A DNA stretch of 64,000 nucleotides from Candidatus Krumholzibacteriota bacterium (GTDB lineage: Bacteria; Krumholzibacteriota; Krumholzibacteriia; JAJRXK01): NCBI GenBank assembly GCA_963764625.1, contig CAVXTH010000009.1:960001-1024000 (forward strand). The letters run 5' to 3'. Shown one piece after another: positions 40,027-50,457 of the stretch. The position numbers and the translations under genes are program-made. A model generated the notes under the pieces. It did not search any database. It was not told the DNA's origin and worked only from the letters and a program-made list of their open reading frames with translations. Within the stretch, counting starts at the first letter, position 1. Each line of letters begins with the position of its first letter.

Positions 40027-41023
40027 ATGCGAGCCTTCCTGCACCATGCGCTTTGGATCACCGTCTTCTTGGCGGCGGGATCTCTCCCGCCCACCCACAC
40101 CCCGATACGGACCGAAGCGGGGTCTCTGCCGCCAAGTGCGCCCCAAGCGGAGGCTTCGCCCGAGAAATCCTCCTCGACCCCACACTTCGACGGGCAGCGA
40201 GCCTTCGAACTCATTCGCGAGCAGCTCGCCTTCGGACCGCGGAATCCGGGTTCCAAGGGGCACGCCGCGTGTCTTGGCTGGTTGCGATCCGAGCTGGACG
40301 AGCGGGCCCACCGCCTCGAGGTGCAGCCCTTTCGAGTTCGACGATCCCTACGCGGACGGAAAGCTGGCGCTGACCAATCTGACCGCCTCCTTTTACCCGG
40401 CACGGACGCGCCGCATCGCGCTCGCGGCACACTGGGATACACGGCCCCGGGCGGACCAGCAGCCGGGTGGCGCGGTGCAGAAGCCGATTCCCGGGGCCAA
40501 CGACGGGGGGAGTGGCGTGGCGGTGCTCCTGGAGATGGCGCGCATTCTCCACCAACATCCTCTGCAGCACATCGGGGTGGACCTCCTGTTCTTCGACGGG
40601 GAAGACTACGGGAAGGAGGGCGATCCCCAGCACTATCTGTTGGGTTCGAAGCAGTACGTGAGGGTCCACCCGCAGTACCGGCCTCAGGCCCTCATCCTCC
40701 TGGACATGGTGGCGGGGACGAACATGTCCATCTCCATGGAGCGCAATGGATTGCAGCGCGCACAAGAGCTCAGTTTCAAGGTGTTTTCCACGGCGGCTTC
40801 CCTGGGGCTCTCGGCCTTCGTGAGCGTGCCGGGCCAGGCGATTCTGGACGATCACATCCCGTTCCTGTTCAACGGGGTGGAATGCGTCGATCTCATCGAT
40901 CTCGACTACCGCCAATGGCACACGCTGCAGGACGATCTACCCGCGTGCTCGGCCTCGAGTTTGCAGCAGGTCGGGGATCTGCTCGTGGAGCTGCTCTACG
41001 GGGATTTCGACGGCAATCCGTGA
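40027..41023 (+). CDS. M28-family Zn protein, glutaminyl-peptide cyclotransferase-like (frameshift near 40331)
   Basis: FGPRNPGS, AHWDTRP, PGANDGGSGVAVLLE, FFDGED, LLDMV, DDHIPF, WHTLQD. Confidence 0.82.
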
Positions 41024-41135
41024 AATTGCGCGGGTCCGGAATTCATCTGGCGTCAAGGGGCATTCCCGTCTAAATTTCAGGGCCGTGGACGCTTCGTAGA
41101 ATCTGTGGTATTCCAGGAAACGCGAAGCGGCTGGG

Positions 41136-41164
41136 AAGTGGGCGGGGACGTCCACTTTTTTCTT
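41136..41164 (+). terminator. rimP-leader attenuator hairpin
   Basis: AAGTGGGCG-GGGA-CGTCCACTT (9 bp, GNRA loop) followed by a U-tract, ~30 nt upstream of rimP; TAGAAT -10 at 41097-41102. Confidence 0.7.
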
Positions 41165-41195
41165 GTCTGGTGTTCCAGGCGGCGGGAGGAAACGG

Positions 41196-41735
41196 ATGTC
41201 CCCCTCGCAGATCAGCGCGCGGGAACTCGAGCAGCAATTCCGGGAGGAAGTGGCCCTCCAAGGATGTGAATTGCTGGAAGTGGAGACCCTCCACGGAGGC
41301 GGCCGACTGACCCTGCGCTTCGTGATCGACAAGGTCGGAGGAGTCACAGTGGACGATTGCGCGGAGATGGATCGGACCATCAGCCGCGCCCTCGAGGCCG
41401 ATGAAACTCGACTTGGGCGTTACGTGGTGGAAGTTTCCTCGCCGGGGATCTTTCGTCGGCTGCGTCGCCCCGAGCACTTTCAACGCTACCTGGGGGAATG
41501 GATCAAGGCGACCGTCCTCAAGGAAGGGAGCGACGAAACGACCCAGATCCGGGGACGACTGATGGCGACGGACGAGAAGGGAATCACCCTGCAGCCCGAG
41601 GACGCCGAGTCGGAGTTCATCGCCCTTAGCGCTTTGAAGAATGCCCATCTGGATCCCGAACTCATTATCGGGAAGCCCAGGAAGACCAAAGCCGCCAAGG
41701 GGCGCAAAGATCGAGGATCCAAGAAGGGAAGATGA
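41196..41735 (+). CDS. rimP: Ribosome maturation factor
   Basis: IDKVGGVTVDDC, YVVEVSSPG; first gene of the nusA operon. Confidence 0.93.
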   Translation: MSPSQISARELEQQFREEVALQGCELLEVETLHGGGRLTLRFVIDKVGGVTVDDCAEMDRTISRALEADETRLGRYVVEVSSPGIFRRLRRPEHFQRYLGEWIKATVLKEGSDETTQIRGRLMATDEKGITLQPEDAESEFIALSALKNAHLDPELIIGKPRKTKAAKGRKDRGSKKGR

Positions 41736-43195
41736 TGGACTACAACATCCTGGACGCGCTTTCCGCTCTCAGCCGGGAGAAGAACGTCGATCAACGGACT
41801 CTGGTCGAGAGTCTCACGGTGGGATTGCAGTCCGCGGCGAAAAAGAAAGTGGGCCTGAACGCCGACATCCAGGTCGACGTGGATTTCGATACCGGTGAGA
41901 TCGACATCCTTCAGCGCAAGCGGGTGGTCCAGCGAGTGGCGGATCACGAGAGCGAAATCAGCCTCGAGGAAGCACAGCTCGAGTTCGGGGAAGACCTCGA
42001 GGTCGGAGATACCGTCAAGATCTACCTCGACATCGCCGACTTCGGGCGCAACGCGATCGGGGTGGCGAAACAGGTTCTGCTGCAGAAAGTACGTGAGGCC
42101 GAGCGGGGCAACGTCTACGAGGAATTCCGCGATCGCGTGGGAGAGGTCGTCGTGGGCATGGTGCAGCAAGTCGATCGCGGCAACATCCTGGTGAACATCA
42201 ACCGGGTGGAGGCTCTTCTGCCCTTCCGCGAACGGATCAAGGGCGAGAACTATCACCAGGGCAAGCAAATCAAAGCCTTCATCATGGAAGTGCAGAACAA
42301 CGCCAAGGGGCCGCAGATCATTCTCTCGCGCACCCATCCCGGATTCCTCAAGACCCTCTTCGAATCGGAAGTCCCTGAGATCGAGGAGGGGATCGTGGAG
42401 ATCAAGGCCGTCGCGCGCGAGTCGGGCACCCGGTCGAAGATCGCGGTGGTCAGCCACGACGACCGTGTCGACGCGGTGGGTTCCTGCGTCGGCATGAAGG
42501 GTTCGAGAGTGCAGGCCGTGACGCGCGAGCTGAGCGGCGAGAAGATCGACATCGTGCCCTGGAGCGCCGACACCATTGGACTCATCACGCGCGCCCTCTC
42601 CCCCGCGAGAGTCAACCACATCAGCCTGGACGAAGAGGTGGGAAGCGCGACTGCCGTCGTGGACGACGACCAACTCAGCCTCGCGATCGGGCGCGAGGGC
42701 AAGAACGTCCGGCTCGCAGCGAAACTCACCGGTTGGCGGATCGATCTGGTGAGCGCGAGCGAATACCATCTGCGCCAGAGGTTCAGCGAGGCCTTCCAGA
42801 TGGACGTGGGCGATCTCATCGGGGTGGATGAAGAAGCGGCGCGTTGCCTGAAAGAGGCCGGGGTCAACAGTGTCGAGGATTTGGCCACCATTTCCGATGA
42901 GAAGATCGAGGAAATCCCCGATCTCGACCTGAAGACCCTGGAGCAGCTCATCGCGACGGCCCAGGCCACCATGGAAGAGGTGCGTAAGCAGGTCGAGGAG
43001 ATGGTGGAGAAAGAGAAGGCCGCGCTCTCGGTGCCTGTTTTCGACGAGGAGATCTTCGGCGAGCAACAGACAGAAGAGAAGAAGCTCGAGGAGAGCGACA
43101 TTTTCGCGCAAGAGCTGGTGAAGGAAGAGGAAAGCGAGGAGGAGAAGCCTCTCACCGAAGAGGATCTCTTCAAGAAAGAGAACGACGCCGGTTAG
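41732..43195 (+). CDS. nusA: Transcription factor NusA
   Basis: FGRNA, S1/KH domains, EVPEIEEG, CVGMKGSRV, SLAIGREGKNVRLA; acidic tail. Confidence 0.97.
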   Translation: MMDYNILDALSALSREKNVDQRTLVESLTVGLQSAAKKKVGLNADIQVDVDFDTGEIDILQRKRVVQRVADHESEISLEEAQLEFGEDLEVGDTVKIYLDIADFGRNAIGVAKQVLLQKVREAERGNVYEEFRDRVGEVVVGMVQQVDRGNILVNINRVEALLPFRERIKGENYHQGKQIKAFIMEVQNNAKGPQIILSRTHPGFLKTLFESEVPEIEEGIVEIKAVARESGTRSKIAVVSHDDRVDAVGSCVGMKGSRVQAVTRELSGEKIDIVPWSADTIGLITRALSPARVNHISLDEEVGSATAVVDDDQLSLAIGREGKNVRLAAKLTGWRIDLVSASEYHLRQRFSEAFQMDVGDLIGVDEEAARCLKEAGVNSVEDLATISDEKIEEIPDLDLKTLEQLIATAQATMEEVRKQVEEMVEKEKAALSVPVFDEEIFGEQQTEEKKLEESDIFAQELVKEEESEEEKPLTEEDLFKKENDAG

Positions 43196-43201
43196 GAGAG
43201 T

Positions 43202-43534
43202 ATGGACCGCAGCGGCGAGGACCTTCAATCCCGGCAAGCGATCCTTCGCCTGCTCGGCCTCGCGCTTCGGGCGGGAAAGCTCAATCTCGGATCCGGGCCG
43301 GTGCTGCGTGCCCTCCAGCGAGGGCAGAATGGTGTGGTTTTTCTTTCTCGAGACGCTGGGGACGACCTGCGATCGAAGATCAAGCGCGAACTCGGATCGG
43401 CCCGGCTGGATGCTGAGAGTTTTGGCGGGGATGAACTTGCCGTCGCGTTCGGGCGCCGGCTCTTGTCCGTCGTTTCGGTGTGCGAGCCCGCTTTCGTAGC
43501 TGGCGTGATCAAACACCTCGAGAATCTGTCCTAG
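43202..43534 (+). CDS. L7Ae/L30e-like RNA-binding protein (YlxQ/RulQ-like)
   Basis: LLGLALRAGKL, DA, ELAVAFGR; between nusA and infB. Confidence 0.8.
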   Translation: MDRSGEDLQSRQAILRLLGLALRAGKLNLGSGPVLRALQRGQNGVVFLSRDAGDDLRSKIKRELGSARLDAESFGGDELAVAFGRRLLSVVSVCEPAFVAGVIKHLENLS

Positions 43535-43538
43535 GAGC

Positions 43539-46196
43539 GTGATTGACGAGATGCGTGTTTACGAACTCGCCAAGAAATATGACCTGAGCAGCAAGACGGT
43601 GCTCACGATCCTCGAGGAGCTGGGTATCCTGGCAAAGTCGCATATGACGGTCGTGAACGATGAGGACGCGCTTCTCGTAGCGGAACGCTTTGCCAAGAGC
43701 GCCGAGGGCGGGGCCCCCGTCGTGGAAAAGGGGCCTCGCTACGAAGTGGAACGGGCCAAGCCCAAGCCCAAGCACATGACCGCGCGCGAGAAGCTCGCCG
43801 CGAAGCGCAAAGCGGGCAAGAAGGAAACCGACGCCCAACCGTCGCAGGCCGAGAAGAGTTCCGTTTCCGCCAAGGACAGCGCCGCGGAAAGCACCGCGGA
43901 GGCTCCCAATCTGAAGCGTCGCCCGCGGGTGCAGCCACGAGTCGTTCCTTCGGCCGCGTCCAAGGCCGAGACCCCCGCGAGTGGCGGCAAGGAAGCCACC
44001 GCGACCGAACCGAAGAAAGTCCGCGAGAAGACGCCCGCGAAGCCAGCGCGCCCCGACATGAGTCAGGTGGCCAAAGCCGCGGCACGCGTGAGGGCTCAGA
44101 TCCACGACGAGGGCAAGATTCGCATGGCCAAGCCGGAGTCCGAGCGCAAACGGCCGGCCAAAAAAGCTCCGAAGAAGGAAGTGGGCACGGGCGCTCCCGA
44201 AGCCAAGACCACGCGGGAAGTCCTCGAGAGCATGCGCCGCAGCACCGAGTCGTCTGGACCCCGCAAGAACATCGACACCTCCGCGATTCAGCAGAGGGTT
44301 CGCCAGTCGCTCTCCCGCATCGACGTGAGCCGGAGCCGCCGGCCCCCGGCCCCAGTCAAGCGGGGTGGATCGAGAAAGCTGCGTGAGGGCAAGAAGGAGA
44401 GAGCGGCTCGTCATCGCGCTCGGGAAGAGGCACAGCACACGCGGCAAGACGTTTTACGCATTACCGAGTACATCACGGTGCAGGAATTCGCCCATCAGCT
44501 CGATGTCAAGGCCACCGAGATCATCGCCAAGCTCATGGGTATGGGGGCCATGGCTACCATCAACCAGCGTCTCGATCGCAGCATGATCGAGTTCTTGGCC
44601 GAGAGCTACGAGATCGAAATCGAGTGGCTCGACGAGTACGAGGAAGACGCCTTGGCGGAGGAGGAAGAACTGCAAGGAGTGTCCCTTCCGCGGATGCCGG
44701 TGGTCACCGTCATGGGTCACGTCGACCACGGGAAGACGAGCCTGCTCGACTATATCCGCAAGACCAACGTTATCGCGGGTGAGGCGGGAGGAATCACTCA
44801 GCATATCGGCGCGTATCAGGTCGAGACTTCCAAGGGGAAGATCACTTTCCTGGATACTCCGGGCCACGAGGCGTTCTCCGCCATGCGCGCGCGCGGAGCC
44901 CAGGTCACCGACATCGTGGTCATCGTGGTCGCGGCGGACGACAAGGTGATGCCGCAGACCGTCGAAGCGATCGATCACGCGCGCGCGTCGAATTGTCCCA
45001 TCGTCATCGCAATCAACAAGATCGATCTTCCCTCCGCCGATCCCTTGGGTGTGAAGCAGCAGCTCACGCACCACAACGTGCTGGTGGAGGAATTCGGCGG
45101 CGAAATCCAATGCGTCGAAATCAGCGCCAAGAAGGGGACAAACGTCGATCAACTCCTCGAGGCGATCGGGCTGCAGGCAGAGGTGATGGAACTCAGTGCG
45201 GTGCAGGATGGCCGGGCACGGGGAGTCGTGGTCGAGTCACAGAAGGATCCGGGTCGAGGAGTGAGCTTCACCGTGCTCGTGAGTCAGGGCTCGCTCCACA
45301 AAGGAGACGCCTTCGTGGCCGGGCTCACCGACGGCCGGGTCCGGGCGTTGCGCAACGAATACAACGAGGATGTCGAGCAAGCCATCCCCGGTGAACCGGT
45401 GGTGGTGCTCGGGGCGAACGGGGTCCCGCTCGCGGGAGACAGCTTCACCGCCTACGAAGACGAACGGCAAGCACGGGAAGTCGCCTCGAAGCGCCAGCAA
45501 GTCCAGCGCGAACAGAGCCTGCATGAGCTGCACCGGGGAACGACCCTCGAGAACATCTTCGAAAAGATCCAGGGTGGCGAGGCCCAGGAGCTCAATCTTT
45601 TGGTCAAAGGGGACGTCGCGGGCTCAGTCGAAGCCCTGTGCGATTCGCTCATGAACTTGAGCACGGAAAAGGTGGCGGTCAGAGTCATCCACAAGGCGGT
45701 TGGCGGGATCACCGAGAGCGACGTGAACCTGGCCGCGGCGAGCGATGCCATCATCGTCGGTTTCCATCTGCATCCGCCGGCTGTGGTACGAGACGCCGCA
45801 AAGAGGCAGAACGTTCCGCTCCACACCTACAACGTAATCTACGAAGCGGTGGACGAAGTAAGGCAGGCCATGAGCGGTTTGCTCAAACCGGTGGAGAGAG
45901 AGGTCGCTTCGGGCTCGGCCGAAGTGCGCGAGACCTTCAAGGTGCCGCGGATTGGGCTCATCGCAGGTTGCATGGTGGTCGACGGCACGATCAAGAGAAA
46001 CAGCCGGGTCAAGGTCATCCGCGATCAGGTCCAGATCTACGAGGGTGTCATCTCCTCCCTCAGACGATTCAAGGACGACGCGCGCGAAGTCCAGTCGGGT
46101 TTCGAATGCGGGATCGGAGTCGAGGGATATCAGGACGTGCGGGTAGGCGATACCCTCCAGACCTACGAAATCGAGGAAGTGGAACAGGAGCTCTAG
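43539..46196 (+). CDS. infB: Translation initiation factor IF-2
   Basis: [35 protein letters not shown]. Confidence 0.98.
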   Translation: MIDEMRVYELAKKYDLSSKTVLTILEELGILAKSHMTVVNDEDALLVAERFAKSAEGGAPVVEKGPRYEVERAKPKPKHMTAREKLAAKRKAGKKETDAQPSQAEKSSVSAKDSAAESTAEAPNLKRRPRVQPRVVPSAASKAETPASGGKEATATEPKKVREKTPAKPARPDMSQVAKAAARVRAQIHDEGKIRMAKPESERKRPAKKAPKKEVGTGAPEAKTTREVLESMRRSTESSGPRKNIDTSAIQQRVRQSLSRIDVSRSRRPPAPVKRGGSRKLREGKKERAARHRAREEAQHTRQDVLRITEYITVQEFAHQLDVKATEIIAKLMGMGAMATINQRLDRSMIEFLAESYEIEIEWLDEYEEDALAEEEELQGVSLPRMPVVTVMGHVDHGKTSLLDYIRKTNVIAGEAGGITQHIGAYQVETSKGKITFLDTPGHEAFSAMRARGAQVTDIVVIVVAADDKVMPQTVEAIDHARASNCPIVIAINKIDLPSADPLGVKQQLTHHNVLVEEFGGEIQCVEISAKKGTNVDQLLEAIGLQAEVMELSAVQDGRARGVVVESQKDPGRGVSFTVLVSQGSLHKGDAFVAGLTDGRVRALRNEYNEDVEQAIPGEPVVVLGANGVPLAGDSFTAYEDERQAREVASKRQQVQREQSLHELHRGTTLENIFEKIQGGEAQELNLLVKGDVAGSVEALCDSLMNLSTEKVAVRVIHKAVGGITESDVNLAAASDAIIVGFHLHPPAVVRDAAKRQNVPLHTYNVIYEAVDEVRQAMSGLLKPVEREVASGSAEVRETFKVPRIGLIAGCMVVDGTIKRNSRVKVIRDQVQIYEGVISSLRRFKDDAREVQSGFECGIGVEGYQDVRVGDTLQTYEIEEVEQEL

Positions 46197-46220
46197 AGCC
46201 TCCCGCGCCCTCCCAAGTCC

Positions 46221-46502
46221 ATGATCGTTGCCGTCATGCATCTCGCTCTGCGACTTCAAGCGTCGAGCTCGCTCAAGGAGAAACGCAGGGTGCTGACGAG
46301 CGTGAAGACGCGCCTTCGCAATCGTTTCAACCTGAGCGTCTGTGAGCTCGGCGCACAGGAGAGCTGGAGCGAGGCCGAGCTCGCCGTCGCGGTGGTGGCC
46401 GGTGACAAGCCGCAAGTGGATCGCGTCGTCGACGGGGTGACCCGTTGGCTCGACGCGGACGTCAGGCTCGAGCTCGTTCAGCGCGTGGTCGAGTATTTCT
46501 AG
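46221..46502 (+). CDS. DUF503 (YlxP-like) protein
   Basis: SLKEKRRVL.S.K.RLRNRFNLSV.E; between infB and rbfA. Confidence 0.88.
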   Translation: MIVAVMHLALRLQASSSLKEKRRVLTSVKTRLRNRFNLSVCELGAQESWSEAELAVAVVAGDKPQVDRVVDGVTRWLDADVRLELVQRVVEYF

Positions 46503-46512
46503 GGGGGAAGCT

Positions 46513-46896
46513 GTGCGGGAAGGTCATCTAGAGGAAACGCTGCGCCGCATCATCGCCGAAGCTCTGAGTACCAGGGTAAAAGATCCACGGATCGGATTTG
46601 TCACGATCAACGAAGTGAGACTCAATCGCGATAAGACAATCGCGCAGGTGTTCTATACTGTGATGGAAGAAGGCGAGGACCGGCGCAAGTGTTCGACCGG
46701 CCTGAGGAGCAGCGCGAGCTTTCTGCGCGGAATCATCGGTGATTCCCTGCGCCTGAAGACGATTCCGCGGCTCATCTTTCGCTACGATGAGAGCTTGGAT
46801 CGCTCGTTTCGACTCGAGGAGATCCTGGAGGACCTCGCGCCCCAAGTGCAGGATGTGTCGAGCGAGGACGATCACGAGAAGGGGACCGACGGATGA
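46513..46896 (+). CDS. rbfA: Ribosome-binding factor A
   Basis: VKDPRIGFVTI, IPRLIFRYDES. Confidence 0.95.
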   Translation: MREGHLEETLRRIIAEALSTRVKDPRIGFVTINEVRLNRDKTIAQVFYTVMEEGEDRRKCSTGLRSSASFLRGIIGDSLRLKTIPRLIFRYDESLDRSFRLEEILEDLAPQVQDVSSEDDHEKGTDG

Positions 46897-47897
46897 GTTT
46901 CGTGCCTTACGCACCGCCCAAGGAATTGACGGATCTTCTGCGCGAGAAGCAGAGCTTTCGCCTGGCCACCCACGTGAACCCCGATGCCGACGGTCTGGGG
47001 AGCCTGCTTGGACTCGGGCTCGCACTCTCGGCGGGCGGGAAGACTGTCTCGATGGTTCGTCACGAGGACGGCCCTTCCGCATTCGAACATCTGCCCGGCT
47101 ACTCACAGGCAGTGCTTTTCAACGAGGTGGAGGGCGACGCCGAAGTGCTCATCCTCTTCGATTGCCACGAAGTCTCCCGCATCGGTCCGGCGGCTCACGG
47201 ACTCAAGGGTGACGAGATCATCGTGGTCATCGATCACCATCTCACCGAAGACGGTGGAGGCGACGGTGAACTGGAGTGGTTGGAGCCGCGCGCCGCGGCC
47301 AGCGCCGCCCTGGTGCACTCGCTGGTATCTTCCATGGACGGGCTTGAGTTGAGTCCCGAAGTCGCGAGTTGTCTCTACGCCGGGTTGATCACCGATACCG
47401 GGGGCTTTCGTTTCTCGAACACCGACGCGGTGACCCTGCGCGTGGGCTCGGATCTGGTCGAGCACGGAGCCGATGCCGCGTTTCTCGCCGACGCATTTTT
47501 GCACTTGAGGACTCCCGCGACGCTTCGTCTCCTGGCGAGAGTGCTCGAGTCCTTCGACTACCGGCTCGACGGTCAGGTGGTCTTTGCCACCATGACCAAG
47601 GCGATGTGCCAGGAGACCGAAGGTCGGATGGAAGACACGGAGGGGTTCGTGAATTTCGCGACCTCGGCGAAGGGTGTGAAGCTCGTCGCGCTGTTCAAAG
47701 AGGAGAGCCCGCGCTCGTGGCGCCTCAGTTTACGCGGCAACGAACCCTTCGACGTCCGGCGCGTCGCCAAGTTCTTTTCCGGCGGGGGCCACGCCAGAGC
47801 GGCAGGATGCACGGTGTCAGGTACGCTGGAGGAAGTCAGGGAGCGAATCGCGGTGGCGTTCGGCGAGGAGCTGGCGCGGGGGCAGGCTCTGGGGTGA
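46893..47897 (+). CDS. nrnA: DHH/DHHA1 nanoRNase / pAp phosphatase
   Basis: THVNPDADGLGS, IDHH, TDTGGF, GGGHARAAG. Confidence 0.9.
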   Translation: MSFVPYAPPKELTDLLREKQSFRLATHVNPDADGLGSLLGLGLALSAGGKTVSMVRHEDGPSAFEHLPGYSQAVLFNEVEGDAEVLILFDCHEVSRIGPAAHGLKGDEIIVVIDHHLTEDGGGDGELEWLEPRAAASAALVHSLVSSMDGLELSPEVASCLYAGLITDTGGFRFSNTDAVTLRVGSDLVEHGADAAFLADAFLHLRTPATLRLLARVLESFDYRLDGQVVFATMTKAMCQETEGRMEDTEGFVNFATSAKGVKLVALFKEESPRSWRLSLRGNEPFDVRRVAKFFSGGGHARAAGCTVSGTLEEVRERIAVAFGEELARGQALG

Positions 47898-48874
47898 GCC
47901 GCCATGGACGAAGCGGTCCGGCGAGGGTGGTGCTTCTGGACAAGCCGGAGGGCCCCACGAGTTTCGAGCTCGTGCGCATGCTACGCGCGCAAAGCGGTTA
48001 CAAGAGAGTGGGGCACGGCGGCACCCTCGATCCCTTCGCCTCGGGGCTCTTGGTCATGGGCTTGGGATCGGCCACGCGCTTGATGGGTTACCTCAGCCAC
48101 GGCGAGAAGACCTACGTCGGAACCGTCCATTTCGGATTCTCCACCGACACCGATGACAGAACCGGCAAGATCCTTCGAACCAAGAGCCCTTCGTTCAGCG
48201 CATCGGAACTCGCGTCGGCGCTGCAGGAATTTCAGGGAGAGATCCTGCAGCGGCCGCCCACCGTCAGTGCGCTCAAAGTGGCGGGCAAGAGGGCGTACGC
48301 GCTCTACCGCGACGAGGGGGAGACCCCGGCGCTTGCGCCTCGACGAGTAATCATCCACGAGATTTCCCTACTGGAGGCCTCCAACGAGCGCGCCCGCCTG
48401 CGGGTTCGCTGTGGCGGCGGAACCTACATTCGCGCGCTCGCCCGTGACCTCGGCGAGCGTCTCGGCTGCCCGGCGCATCTTCACTCCCTCAGGCGGGAGA
48501 GAGTGGGCCCCCTGACGCTGGAAAGGGCGGTGGGTCCGGAGTCGTTTCGCGATGGATTCGTCGACGACCCGCGGCACGGCGTGTTTTCGCCGCTTCAGGC
48601 GGTGGCGGATTGGCCGCGGCTCGAGCTCGATGCGGGACAGGTGCGCCACGTGCGCCACGGCGGTCAACCGCTCTCGCAGTGGTGGGGAGCGGCCCGAGAG
48701 GGGGATGCCGCGTCGGAGGGGTCCCTAGCGGAGAGCTCTTTTCGGCTCGAAGCTGCGCCGCGTCGCACCGCGCTCCTGGACGAGATGGGAGAGCTGGTCG
48801 CGCTGGCGGAGTTTCAAAACCTGGGGCCGCGTCTGTTGATGGTGCTACCCGAGGACTCGCGTGAAGATCTATAG
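47894..48874 (+). CDS. truB: tRNA pseudouridine(55) synthase
   Basis: DKPEGPTS, GHGGTLDPFASG, PP..SALK, GTYIRAL. Confidence 0.95.
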   Translation: MSRHGRSGPARVVLLDKPEGPTSFELVRMLRAQSGYKRVGHGGTLDPFASGLLVMGLGSATRLMGYLSHGEKTYVGTVHFGFSTDTDDRTGKILRTKSPSFSASELASALQEFQGEILQRPPTVSALKVAGKRAYALYRDEGETPALAPRRVIIHEISLLEASNERARLRVRCGGGTYIRALARDLGERLGCPAHLHSLRRERVGPLTLERAVGPESFRDGFVDDPRHGVFSPLQAVADWPRLELDAGQVRHVRHGGQPLSQWWGAAREGDAASEGSLAESSFRLEAAPRRTALLDEMGELVALAEFQNLGPRLLMVLPEDSREDL

Positions 48875-49877
48875 AGGCAGCTTTCTGGAGCTTCCTGAGC
48901 TCGGGGGCTCGTGGGCCGTGACCCTAGGCACCTTCGACGGGGTGCACCGGGGACACGCCGCCATCTTCGCACGTGCCCTCGACGCGGTACGCCGCGAGGG
49001 ATTGGACGGCTCGCTGGCCATCACTTTCGGTCGTCATCCCCGGGCCGTGCTCACCCCCGACCAGCGTCCTCGCCTCTTGACCACTCTGGAGGAGCGCATC
49101 GCTCTCTTGCGCGCCGCCGGACTGGACCGGCTCTACGTGCTGGACTTCGAGGAGAAGCTGCAGGTGCTCGAGTACGACGAATTCGTGCGCTACGTTCTAG
49201 TCGATCGGCTCGGTCTGGCGCATTTCATTCTGGGTCACAACGTGCATTTCGGACGCGGACGAAGGGGCACGTTGGAGTCGGTACGCGCCCTGGCGGAGGA
49301 AATGGGGTTCGCCTTCTCCCAGGTAAAGAGCGTAGAGCACGAGGGAAACGCCATCTCGAGTTCGCGCATAAGGGACGCGATCGAGGCCGGGGATCTCACC
49401 GGGGCGACGGCCATGCTGGGGCATCCCTATCTGGTCTGCGGTCCGGTGGAGGGCGGCCGGCAAATCGGGCGCCGCCTGGGCTTTCCCACCGCGAATCTGC
49501 GGATCACCCACCCCGCGAAACTGTTCCCGCCTCCGGGGGTCTACGCGGCCTGGGCCCGGGTGGTGGGAGAGTCGGGCTTCGTTCCGGCCGCACTGAACCT
49601 GGGCCATTCCCCGACCTTCGGATCCGGGACGGAGCTGCGGCTGGAAGTCCACCTCCTCGAGGGTAGTCCGCAACTTTATGAAAAACGCCTCCTCGTGGCC
49701 TTCGGCCCCCGCCTGCGCGCCGAGAAGCGCTTCTCCGCTCCCGAGGAGCTGGGACGGCAGATCGCGCGCGACGTGGAGGCGGTTCCCTTCGCTCTGGCCG
49801 CATCTCCCGCCTGGCAGACTCCCCGGGCCCTGGGTCCTTCCTTCGCGCTCGAGGGAGACGAGGACCCTTCCGAATAG
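48861..49877 (+). CDS. ribF: Bifunctional riboflavin kinase/FAD synthetase
   Basis: GTFDGVHRGH, ISSSRIR, GRRLGFPTAN, EVH. Confidence 0.95.
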   Translation: MKIYRGSFLELPELGGSWAVTLGTFDGVHRGHAAIFARALDAVRREGLDGSLAITFGRHPRAVLTPDQRPRLLTTLEERIALLRAAGLDRLYVLDFEEKLQVLEYDEFVRYVLVDRLGLAHFILGHNVHFGRGRRGTLESVRALAEEMGFAFSQVKSVEHEGNAISSSRIRDAIEAGDLTGATAMLGHPYLVCGPVEGGRQIGRRLGFPTANLRITHPAKLFPPPGVYAAWARVVGESGFVPAALNLGHSPTFGSGTELRLEVHLLEGSPQLYEKRLLVAFGPRLRAEKRFSAPEELGRQIARDVEAVPFALAASPAWQTPRALGPSFALEGDEDPSE

Positions 49878-49880
49878 CCC

Positions 49881-49909
49881 TTGACAAGCGCAAGCGCCTT
49901 AAATAACGT
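49881..49909 (+). promoter_or_regulatory. sigma70 promoter of rpsO
   Basis: TTGACA, 17 bp, TAACGT. Confidence 0.7.
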
Positions 49910-49915
49910 ACCTTG

Positions 49916-50054
49916 CCGTTTGTAGAAGAAAGAAAAGAAAGACGAATACTGTGGGCGCTCCACCGGCGTCTTCGCGGAACGAGTCGCGGGGAAGAGCTGG
50001 ATGGTCCTGCCTGCGACCATCGCGAAGCCGGCCCGTCCGGCAAAAGGAGCGACG
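49916..50054 (+). promoter_or_regulatory. Structured rpsO 5' leader (candidate S15 autoregulatory element)
   Basis: Purine-rich tract, then three hairpins (49963-50000, 50000-50021, 50027-50041) abutting SD AAGGAG. Confidence 0.45.
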
Positions 50055-50324
50055 ATGGCCCTGAACAGGGATGCGAAGGAAAGGATCATCAAATCCTACC
50101 AGAAGCACGACGGCGACTCGGGTTCCCCCGAGGTGCAGATCGCGCTTCTCAGCGAACGTATCGCCACTCTTACGGAGCACTTCAAGGTCCATAAGAAGGA
50201 TCACCATTCCCGCAGAGGCTTGTTGAAGATGGTGGGGCAGCGCAAGCGACTGCTCAACTATCTCAAGACCAAGGACCTCGAGAGCTATCGCAAGCTCATC
50301 AAGGAACTGGGGATCCGCGGCTAA
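50055..50324 (+). CDS. rpsO: 30S ribosomal protein S15
   Basis: [28 protein letters not shown]. Confidence 0.98.
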   Translation: MALNRDAKERIIKSYQKHDGDSGSPEVQIALLSERIATLTEHFKVHKKDHHSRRGLLKMVGQRKRLLNYLKTKDLESYRKLIKELGIRG

Positions 50325-50457
50325 GCCGTGCTTTTTGAAAGTTGTCCGGTCTTTCGCCGGCCTTGCTCAGTCCAAGTATTCCCCGTGTTTCCTGGCGGCG
50401 CGAAACGTCGCGCCGGCATGTTCAGAACGCAGTCGTCAGTCGTAGGGAGAAAGAACT

